In this document: positions 35,401-47,400 of the stretch, in pieces
How positions within the stretch are numbered: position 1 is the first letter of the stretch
Layout of the letters: the number at the start of each line of letters is the position of its first letter
DNA from: Mytilus californianus
Taxonomy: Eukaryota
Direction: 5' to 3'
Assembly (NCBI RefSeq): GCF_021869535.1
Contig: NW_026262690.1
Location: 73,656,001-73,720,000 of the forward strand
Length of the DNA stretch: 64,000 bases
Position numbers and translations under genes: made by a program
The notes under the pieces: model-generated
Databases searched by the model: none
The model's input: the letters and a program-made list of their open reading frames with translations, nothing else
What the model was told of the DNA's origin: nothing

Positions 35401-38400
35401 GGCCTCGGTTTGAAATAAATTAAGTGGAAAATGGCTCTACGTCTTTCATAAATCACAACTATCATAATAATTTTCAGAATGATTCTATTAAGGATACCTT
35501 GTGGAACTGGTTCACTACATGTTTTTACAGAACAGTCAGTACTACATTCACCCGTCACACTATTTCTACAGTTAAGAGATGGACATGGTAATCCTTGAGG
35601 TACTGTGAAATTAGTACACTGCACAAAAACGTCACAAACTGTTGGGTGTCCCTTTTTTGCACTATCTTTGGTATTGCAATTGCAGATATCTTCTGCAAAA
35701 TTAACAGAAAGATATTTTTATAACATTAATGAGTACATTTAGGAAATAACAAAACATTGAAAATTGTGTAAGAGACATTGCTGGATGTGTCTTTAATGTT
35801 GGACTGGAAGTCATTGATTTCAAACCCAGAGGTCATCACTTGGCTATACAAATTACATCATTATTGACTAATCTTGATGTGTACCTGTTAACAAATCAGG
35901 AAATGCTATTTGGCTCCTATTTTGTTTAGATCTAAATTTGTTTTTCGATTGCTCCCAACTATTTGTGTGACTTTTACTATTTTGGAAACGGTGTTTCTGT
36001 CCTTCACAAATGAAGAGTTTGCGTTGCCTTTTTGTCTTTTACGTACTATTGATGTGTTTGTATACCCATACAGTGCAGGAGCACATAAAACAAGATTAAA
36101 ACGAATCAAACCTGGAATAAGGTGTAAATCTTCTGTGTCTGCAAAAATTTCATTGTTTCCCAAAGAAACGGAATCATTCACAAGACACCGTATTTTACTA
36201 TTGATCATTTCAGGAGAAAACAGCATGCCAAACAGGACTGTCATTGTATTGTTATAGCAATGTTCTCGTTGAATCTTTGTGAATATGATTTTTATGAATT
36301 GATCTTGTAACGGTTCGAAAGACGTCGACCCAGTGTGCTGTATTTCTATAATTAGATTTCTGGGAGGTTCACCGACGTCACCACTGCATACGTGTTCAAA
36401 TCCTGGTCTGTAATATCCCAGATTTATCACCTGATCTTTATTCATTTCTAAGTTTGGATTTGATGGCTTGCCTGTTTAAAACAGAAACATTATTCAAAAC
36501 AGATACTTTCTCCTGGACATATGATGAAGTAATAGTGTATGAATTAATTTTATTAACCATAACTTATAAATAATTAATTCAAAACATATAATTATGAATA
36601 ATATGGTATTGACCTTATATATGAAAATCGGAAAAGAGCGGAATGATTCTTAAACAATGTATAATAGTCTTTGAAAATCTTCATATTAGGATATGTATGA
36701 CTTCAATACGTTTGTAATCTTTCTGTACAGTTTCAGTGATCTGTATTGAAATCTATAGTTGATTACACAAAATGTGCACCATTTGTAAAAATGGTTCAGA
36801 AAAATGATAAATATCCTAACCTTGAAAAAATAAGATTAAAACCCTGGAAGAATTCCGTAAAAGCTAAATGCACAAATAGAATATTTTCAGATTACCGATT
36901 TTTGACTCCGGAGTATAGAATCATGTGCAAAACAGTGTAGCCGAGACCATTGATTGGCGCGCTAAAATATCCCATTGACTGGGTCAGATTAGGTGACCGT
37001 TCGTCTGTAACGCCCACAACTCACGACGTATTTATTATAAACATTTAAACTGTGGGGTCACCAAAGGGTCTCAACGCCTAAATAAAATAATTCGAAAAAC
37101 TAATCAGGAATAACCTTTGTGTTTTGATTTATGTTGAATACTTAAACGTTCTTTACTTGTGTTTTTGTTATGTTTTGATAATGAATTTTTATGATATCGG
37201 ACGTTCTTTCAGCAAAAAAGGATTTAACTGGCTTTAAAAGTTACAATGGATGTGTTGATTATTATCTTTTTTTCGGACGTCAAAGCGATTTAACAATTGC
37301 GGTTGTCCAATTATGTCATCTTTTAACTTTTATCTGGTCAAAATTTTATTTTAGAACGAATGCATGATCAACTTTAAAAAAGTGTGCAAACACAAAACAT
37401 ATAGACAAAATATACTTCTTTCCTGTCTTTTTCGTACTTGCAAGTTATTAGACAGTAAAAAGGCTATTTGGATCAAGCCTTGTGAAATTTGCATTTACGT
37501 TTTTGAATAGGTAAAATGTATAGTTTGATGATCTTTTCTGCTAACTACTATACTTATGAAAAACCCTTGGCAACAGAAACATATTCAGCTTTTTTTTTAA
37601 TCGACCCAATTTACATAGTAATGGACGACTTCGTACATTTTATGATCGCAAATAAAATATGTATATAATATACTGTGCACTGTAGTTCGTATATATACTG
37701 AGACCCTTTGGCAACCCCACAGTTTAAATGTTTATAATAAATACGTCGTGAGTTGTGGGCGTTACAGACGAACGTTCACCTAATCTGACCCAGTCAATGG
37801 GATATTTTAGCGCGCCAATCAATGGTCTCGGCTACACTGTTTTGCACATGATTCTATAATTTTTCGACAGGTTACCTACTCTGGTGCAAGACATTCTGTA
37901 CGGTTAATTAAGTAGGAGTAACCAAAAGAAGTCAAATCAAGTTTTTAATCGGCGCAATTTGGGAGAAATATCTAACTATGTAAGGCATGCTATTTTTTTC
38001 TTAACACGACAAAATCATCGGAAAGCAGTTAATTTTTCCTACAAATTGCACCGATACCTGTGTAATCTTTTTTGTAAATGATTACAAACAATAGGTATCA
38101 TTATCCGCGCCCGTCAAAAATCACCATACTACATGTATGAGGCGATTTTGCACTTCGTATGCAAATCTCAATTGAATTGTTCTTCTTTCTTAGAAAGCAT
38201 AGCAAAAGTTAAGTTTAAAATAAACTAGATCTACTTTCAAGTATATACATTTTAAAAACATATTACCTTATTCTATATATTATGTATAATCTAAGATGTA
38301 TTTGCAATGTTGTCAACATTTCCCGATATTGATATACCATTGTTCTCAAAATTCGGGATTTTTATTTCACAAAAATTTTGTTGTTGTTCAAGATAATTGA

Positions 38401-41400
38401 TATTTACTCTTGCCTTTGCTGTTGAAAGACCTTTCCAACTGAATTTAACAGTTTGTTCTTATGGTGTACTGTTACACCCTGTTTAAGAATAGGGAGTGGG
38501 TTAATCACTCGCAGATATGTTCAACCCTGATACATTCTGTATGTGCCTGTCTCAAACCAGGAGCCTGTAATTCAGTGCACGTGGTTGCTGTCTAACGATT
38601 TGTTAATCTTTTTTCGTTTTATCATAAATTAGCACATTGGTTTTCGTGTTTTAAAATTGTTTGAAATTTTGTTATATAAGGGCATTTTACAGCTCACTAT
38701 ACAATTTGGGTTTTGCTCAATGTTGAAGGCCAAACATTGTCAACATCTACGTCATTCTGGTCCCTGCTGGATATTTATATGATTGGCAATCATACAACAT
38801 CTCCTTATTTTCGTTATAGCAATTTCATTCCCTTCCATGAAATACTATATAATTTTTTCTCTTTCTTTTTTACCTACCCCAAAATTTCTAATCAACTTGA
38901 ACATAAATAAGCACATCTATGGACTATATATTGTTGTACAGTTGTTACTGTAAAATTGCATTACATACATTTTTTAAAGAAGATTTTCATTAAAAAAGTG
39001 TTGACTTCCAATATTACGGATAGATAGACGGACGCACAAATGAAACATTACATGACTTCCCTATCTTTGCTGCAGCACAAAAAACTGGGGCAGTATAAAA
39101 GCCTAAACCATACTGCAGTTGAAACTTTATAAACCCTTAATTGGAAAAGAGATGAGAAAATGAAACTGAAATTTGATACCTTGAGGTTTTCGATTTATTT
39201 ACGCGCGTGTGTGTTTTCTATTCCGTAAATTCAAACATCGCACCAGCATAAACTATATTATAATAAAGCAATATTCCTATTCCTGTGATAAAATATCCGA
39301 CATTTTACACGCTGCCATAATCTATTCTTCTTAATATCTTACGTAAGATTATTAAATGACCATTTGTAGTATATATTTGGTCACTTGTATCAACAACAAC
39401 AGTGTAAGGTCCCTCTGAACCACAAGTCGCTACCATCATTGTAATGGTTAATTTGGTGCCGTCAAAGTCTATTGTTATATTGAATTGTTCCTCTATTGGC
39501 AGCATGCTGACAGAACCATCACTGCTGATGAATCCTAATGTTTTTGTTTCCTCGGTCTCTGAAGCTCTATTGATAGTTATTGAATTAAAAGTTATTCTAT
39601 TCAAATAGCACAGTATTGTTGCGGGACCAGTATTCAAGAAAATCGATGTATTCGTGCACTCTATTGCTGTAAAATAAGTTGGAAATATGAAGCATTAAGT
39701 GCCAGTCTTTGTAAGAATCAGGCAATTTTGAAAAAAATCAAAACATGCCCTAAAAAAACCCACAGACCTAACCATCCTATTTTGAAGTTAACCTCATCCT
39801 GAGTTAGAAATGGTAGGTCTTTCGTTTCTGCGTGTCTGGTAATTCGAGAAATCTCTAGATAAATTTTGGTTAGAATGATAGCAAATTACGAAGTTAGCTC
39901 CCCTTAATTTTTCATTTCTAGTGCATTTCAACCAAATTATATCTTGAATTACCAGAACAGGACAAGGAAACGAATGTTATATTCAAGCACCGTTATACAT
40001 TTTGAACAAAAATTAATGTCAACCTGAGTGGGTTTTTGTTTGTCATGTTTTCACCACTGCCTGATTCTTAGGCAGATTGGCACGTAAAATGTCCTTTTTT
40101 AGATCTAACTTGCAAAGCAATGTTTCATTTTTATAGTTTCTCTTTGAAAGGTTTTTCAAGCTCAGAACCGTATGATACTCATTACCTTTGTTCTATCAAG
40201 TTATATGGCCTTCCAGGGGCCAGCATCATGAAAACCTATCTTAAGCTTCATTTAAGAGATTACTTACGAACGCTTTACGATAACGTTACGATGGTGCTAT
40301 GAGCGTATCTCCAATCCTCTCGTGGTTTACTCTTAACAATTTTACAGCTATCTTAGTATACACGTACGACTGTGAGTTAAGATAGTACTCTTATCGACTT
40401 TTTCGAAATGACCGCCTTTGATTTTTGATGAGAATATTAGAGTTCAAGGCAAAGTCGATAGTAAAAATCATCTGTGCGTTTAATAGAACGGTCGAAAAAC
40501 ACACTTAAATTCAATGCTTGTTTTTATTGTTTGTTCTTATGTTGTACTGTTACACCACTTTACCAGGTTAGGGGAGGGTTGGCGCCTACAAACATGTTTA
40601 CACTCATACCACATCTTCTTATATCTATTAACCCCGCCACATTCTATATGATCCTATATGTGTCTGTCCAAAGCTCGGTCCAAAGTCATTAGTTGATTAT
40701 TGACCATTGAGTGGTTGTCGTTTTTTGCTCAAATGGTTGTCGTTGGTACATGTCTGTCATATATGTTTTTTTCGTAAATTGTTTTGTTAAAAATTAGGCT
40801 GTTAGTTTTCTCAATTGAATAGTGTCATATTTTCCATGTCTATTCCTTTTAAAGCCGACTATACGGTATGGGTGTTTCTAATTGTTGAAGACCCTACGAT
40901 TGCCTATAATAGCTTACATCAACTTCATTTGAACTTTGGTGGATAGTTGCCTATTCTAGAGGTTGAGTGAATCAGATGTGGATACTAAAAAATTCCAAAG
41001 ATCTTTTAGAGTACATACAATCTAAGACTCTCTCATCTTGCAATAGTATTAAAACATTTGACTTTTCTACACTTTACACAAGTATTCCCCATTCCAAACT
41101 AAAAGACAAATTGAAAGAGTTGGTACTAATTTGTTTTATTAAAAAGAACGGCGAACGTAGATACAAGTATCTTGTCTTGGGGAGGGATAAATCCTACTTT
41201 GTAAAGAATCACTCTGATTCTGACAAAAAATTCTCTGAAACGGACATTATCAAGCTGCTTGATTTCTTGATTGACAACATATTTGTTACGTTTGGAGGAC
41301 GTGTTTTTCAATAAACTCAAGGAATTCCAATTGGAACCAATTGTGCCCCTCTTCTTGCCGACTTGTTTCTTTATTGTTATGAGGCTGACTTCATACAGGA

Positions 41401-44400
41401 ACTTCTTTGGAAAGAAAGAAGTTAGCAATATCCTTTAACTTTACGTTCCGCTATACAGATGATGTTCTCTCACTAAATAATACAAAATTTGGTGACTATG
41501 TTGAACGAATCTATCCCATCGAACTAGAGATAAAGGATACTACAGATACAGTTAAGTCTGCCTCATATCTTGACTTACATATAGAAATTGACAATGAGGG
41601 TCGGTTGAAAACAAAACTTTACGACAAAAGGGATGATTTCAGCTTCCCATTTCTATGTAGTAACATTCCAGAAGCGCCTGCAAACGGAGTATATATCTCC
41701 CAATTGATACGATATTCCCGGGCTTGTATTTCCTATCATGATTTCCTTGATAGAGGATTGCTGCTCACAAGGAAGCTATTAAACCAAGAGTTCCAAATGG
41801 TGAAGTTGAAATCATCCCTTTGTAAATTTTACGGACGCCATCACGAGTTGGTTGACCGTTTTGGAATAACCGTTTCACAGATGATATCGGATATGTTCCT
41901 TATGTCGTAACTACAATACCCTTCCCTTTTCACGAATGTGACCTACCGAATTAGACTATTTACCGGATTTGTAATAACATAAGCAACACGACGGGTGTCA
42001 CATGTGGAGCAGGATCTGCTTACCCTTCCGGAGCACCTGAGATCACCCCCAGGTTTTGGTGGGGTTCGTGTTGCTTAGTCTTTAGTTTTCTATGTTGTGT
42101 CATCTATACTATTATTTGTCTGTTTGTCTTTTTATTTTTGGCCATAGCGTTGTCAGTTTGTTTTCGATCTATGAGTTTGACTGTCCCTCTGGTATCTTTC
42201 GTCCCTCTGTTGTCTCATTGGCAATCATACCATATCTCCTTATTTTTATATTAAAGAAATATTTTCAAACATTGAATAAAAAACAAAAATGGCAGATAGA
42301 GGTGCTCCAAACGGTCCGAAGAAAACAAGGGACAAATTTTCTTTCCCTATTGATAATTTTCCATTTTTTGACGGTGATGTTCCTTTGGCATCGTCTTGCG
42401 GTGTTTATATTTTAAAACTCGTTCGCTATATCCTTGTCTGTAGTGAAGTTTTAGATTTCAAGGAACGTAATCTATGTATTACTGGGACATTATTAAGTCA
42501 AGGATTTCGTTAGCACAAATAACTTAAAACCTTTCCTAATTTTTTCCATAGATACACAGATTTGGTTAGCGAGTTTGGCTGTACCTGTAGAAAACTTATT
42601 TCAAACAGAATAGCACATCCTAATTTCTACGGTGATGTTGTTTGAGGGTTGTAATGGGGGTACCTTCATGACGTATAAAGGTAACAAATCTTGCCTAATA
42701 ACATTAACGGTAATTTTCAATGCATGACGATAAAATGTACAATTACTTTATGACGATTAAAAAACCGACGATTTTGACAAATCACGATAATTTCTTTCCA
42801 AAAAAAATACGGTAACGGATGATTATTTGAGACATGTGACGAATCACGATAAGGATATTTTGACAAATCACGATTTTTGATGTTAAAAGTAGCCGAAAAT
42901 GACCGTTTGATGTCTAACGGTAAAGGGCATTCCTACCCTCTTGTTTACCGAGCCTGAAAATTTAGATACGATCCGGGTATACTTATCGGGACTTATCACT
43001 CCTTTAAATAAACTTATTCTAAAAGGTTACCAATTCAACACTGTAATTATTATACCTTTAATATTGTTTTTATTGGTATAAATATTGATTTTGTTATCAG
43101 TAAATTAAAACCATACTAAATATTATTGTTATACACATATGCACTTTCACGGGACCTATATTTTGGCATTGCTAATGGTCATGTGTTTCTCTGACTGTGA
43201 ATGCCGTCTTTACACTAAATCTATTGGATGTAGGATGTGTACTGAATGATATTTTAGTCATAGATACATGATTTGTTTTAATTAGTTGTTATTGGCTTTG
43301 AACTAGCTGTCAGTAACTGCGAGTACCCTCAGATCTGTACTTTAAGTGTTTTCGTTGTTAGGGATGAACAAATACCCTGCCACGTCCTGTTTGTGTATTT
43401 GTTAGCTGTTTTCCTGCTTTGTATCGATCTCCTGAGTAAAGCCTTTTTCAACTGATTTTCAGAGTTTGTTCTTATGTTGTGCTGTAACTCCACTGTCCGA
43501 GGTTAGGGGAGGGTTGAGCGCTCTCAAACATGTTTAACCCCGCAACATTCTTTATGTGCCTGTCCCAAGTCAGGAGCCTGTAGTTCAGTGGTTGACGTTG
43601 GTTCATGTCTGTCATAGTATATTTTTTTTTCGTAAATTATTTTGTTATAGATTAGGCCGCTGGTTTTCTCAATTGAATGTTCATATTTTCATGTCGGGGC
43701 CTTTAATAGCCGATTATATGGTATGTATTTTTGTCATTGCTGAAGGCCGTACGATTGCCTATAGTTGCTTACATCCACTTCATTTGAACCTTGTAAGATA
43801 GTTGTCTCAATGGCAATCATACCACATCTTATTATCATAAAAAAAGCCAACTTTAACAAAGATGAATCGGAAACAATACTGACAGTTTTTCAGATGAAAG
43901 AAATGCTGTTACTGTACTGGGGACATTTTCCTATTTTGTAATCACGGACAATCCTACTGTCGTCTAGGAAATCAAATGGATTTGTTCGATCCCTGAAGAT
44001 CCTTATGTATATCCTATTTTGCTCTCTTAAACGCAAAAGCAAGAACATTATAAGCGCCATATTTTCAACTAAGAGAGAGATAGGGGTGCGTGCCCCTGAC
44101 CACTCTTAGAAATTTCTGTTAAGTTTTCAGTAAAAAAAAAGAATGCTGATACACTTAAAATTTGCTAAGAGTAATCAAAGACGATCTTAAGTTGATTATC
44201 GACGTTCGAGATACCCCATCGTTAGGATTAAAGCTAAGAGAGCGATCAGAGAAGGATAAAGAGTACTCTTAGGGTTGCGAGTCCAACATGAATTTTAAGG
44301 GCTGTCAATCATTCTAAGATTACTTCAAGATACACTCTTAGCAGATAAGATGATCTTAAGATGATCTTAAGCACTAAGATTGCTTCATGACACTGGTCCC

Positions 44401-47400
44401 TGCTCTTTTAAACGATTAAAATAGTTAATTAATTTCAAAGTAACAGTTCCTTCATTTGTTAAATTGTCTTTGTTAGAAACAAAATACACAGTTGTCCAAG
44501 AAAGACGGGATTAAAATTTCTACTTAACTTACAGAGAACTCATACAGACTATTAGTGTTCAAATATAAAATTGTCTCTATTTTTTTACTGATGTCAGTGT
44601 GTTTGCTGTACATTTTTTAAATATTCCTATGTTGCCGGAAAAAAGTATTGGTAATAGTATTTTAAGTTGTGTAAGCATATTTTGAGTTGGGTTGAGGTGA
44701 CGAAAATTTTTAAATTGTGAGACTACATTTCTCATCAGTTTTAATTGTATAAAATGACACTCGTCGTAAAAAGCGGCATAACTCAGAACTAACTGGTAAC
44801 GTTTTAAATACTATTGTTGTTGTGCTCTTCTTGTAAAGATGGTAATCATTATGAATTGAAAAAAAAACATGAAAATAAATGGAGAATGTGTACATGGGAC
44901 ATGATAATTGCATATAACGTTATAAAGGGACATAACTCAAGATCGGTAAAAGTTACGCCACCCAAATTCGAACTTGGTCTCAGTGTTGTGGTAATAAGCA
45001 TTGTGTATAAGTTTCATAACATTTTACGTAGAAGGTAAATTTTACATTTTAAACACTTACGTGACACAGTTGGACTAACGGTAGTAGTCATATCTATAGA
45101 TGGTATGGTTACAGCACCACAAAAATCTAAAAAAGTTATTCTTATCTATATATGGATATATCTGATAAAAGGTAAATGCGTTTGTATTTGTGTTTGTGAG
45201 TACTTATAAACACTGTTAAATCCGCCACATTCCTTATGTTCCTGTTAATTCAGGGGCCTGTAATTTAGTGGCTATCGTTGGTAGCCGTGTGTTATATTTG
45301 TTTTTCGGCCGTTGATTTTTTGTTCGTATTGTTTCACATTTTGTCATTCATGTCGGGGCCTTCTATACCTGACTGTATGATGTGGGTTTTGCCCTTTGTT
45401 GAAGGTCCTTACGTTGACCTGTAATTGCTTAAAACCACGTCATTCGAACTCCGTTGAATAGTTGTCTCATTGACAATCATACAAAATCTCCTTATTTTGT
45501 ATTACAACTCGCTAATTAATTTACAAGTATGTTTGATGGAGATTCCTTTTTTTTTGACAGCAGCTCGAGGCGTTTGTGTGTAGATAACAAGTTCGAGTTG
45601 ACATAAAAACACCAACTCTTTCTGAGATTCGACTCTTGCTTTATTACTGCAGAAATGTATACGAAACAATTGATTCTTGAAATATTTGAATCCTTTATCG
45701 ACCAAATTGATTATTACAAGGTTTACATACATTATACTATATATATCAAAGTATTACAGTTTTAAAGTACGCAAAATTGGATTTTAGTTTAATCTTACGT
45801 ATTTCTTATCTCTGCAATAAGTTTTATTTTAAAATTAAAAAAAATGTATTACCTGCAGGAACTGTTTCCTTGCATACATTCTCAGAACAGTCATCTGAAC
45901 AGATTCCTGTTGAACTATTTCTGCATTGGTTTGCCTGACATTGTTTTCCCACTGGAACTGTCATATTAACACATTCAACATAATAATCACATCGCCCAGG
46001 ATGTCCGCGACGTATACCGGATTGTATAGTATTGCACTTGCATATGTCTTCTGCAAAAGTCATACTTTAAAAATAGAGTGAAATGTTATGTCATATTTCC
46101 GAATATAACCTACATAGTTTTATCTTTTTTAAATAAAAATTCCAAATTGACATAAAATTTTTAATGATATTTTTTAAAATTCTGCATTATTTACCACTGT
46201 CTTTGATATTAGCTGCTCACAGCGATTAGCATGTCAAATAGCCAATACTATGGATGCCGACTGATAAACAGGGTAAGTTTATCCTTCCAGAGCCCTTTTT
46301 ATAGCTCGTTTTTGTATTGCCGTATGGAGTGACATAGTTGTTAGGTTATTGGCCGTGCTTCGTCTTCACAAGACATAAGGCACTTTTATTGTATTGGCAT
46401 TTTAATTCGAAAGTTTCCACAAATGAAACATTAAATCTTAGATGAAAGTAATTGGCATCATAATCCGGTTTTAAATGCTATGTCAACTTGGAAGTGAGAA
46501 ATGTTAAGTTTAAAGTAAGACTGTCAAGTTAGAAACACGAAATATAAGCTTAGAACTAAGAATTGTCAACTTGGAACTTGGAAATGGGAACTAAGAAATA
46601 TGAAGTATGAAATGAGATATTTTAACAACAGAATTTTGAAAAGGACATTCTCTACCTTATTCAATTAACAAAATGGAAAAGTTCGGGGAAGCTCGTATTT
46701 GTCTTCGATTTTAAGATGTACACAAATGCACTTTCTCTATAACTTCAGTTCTAACACCGCATCTCTTATATATATATATATTCATCTTTAAGTCGGCTAT
46801 TAAATTTATTTAGAATGTAGACATATTCACATTCCATAACTAAAATTAGTTAGTGTTGTATACTTACTTGGGATAATTGTAAGGACATGAACATCTGCAT
46901 AAGGATCTACTTCAGATTGATATTTATTTTCTACTCTGCATCTCAAAGTTTGATTATTTTGCTGACCATCTACGTTTAGTAAGAATGTAAGATTTTGGAA
47001 TCCATGACAATCCTGATTAGTTCTAATGTCATTCAATCTGGAAACGAATTCATCCGGTATTTGGTAATACTGTTTATCAACTTTTCCGGTCAAATCTATT
47101 AAAACATCGATACGAAGTTCCCCCGGTGGGTATCCAACATTTCCGTAGCAATGATGAGCTTCATTATAAGAGCCGGACTCGACAACAACGGCAGGGTTTA
47201 AGAATAAAGTAGGCTTCTCTGGATCACCTGTTTAAATAAACTCTCGCATGAAATATTTATTTGATACTACTGAGAGAAAAATAGTCGCCTACCTCAAGTT
47301 TGGAACTCTAAAGGTTTTGCACGTTTTCATACCGTAGTGTTGCTGTCAATTGAGGAAGTTTGGTGTTGCTGTCAAGTGAGGACGTTTGGTGTTGCTGTCA

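Noticed and set aside
42955-42957. In-frame TGA in the family-2 RT as selenocysteine, as in some clam Naiads
   Set aside because: The same frame also has TAG and TAA stops and a frameshift; a CGA-to-TGA CpG decay is the simpler explanation
44170-44402. Harbinger-like MITE with a right end ...cttcatgacactggtccctg
   Set aside because: No matching left TIR or TSD found, so boundaries are unsupported
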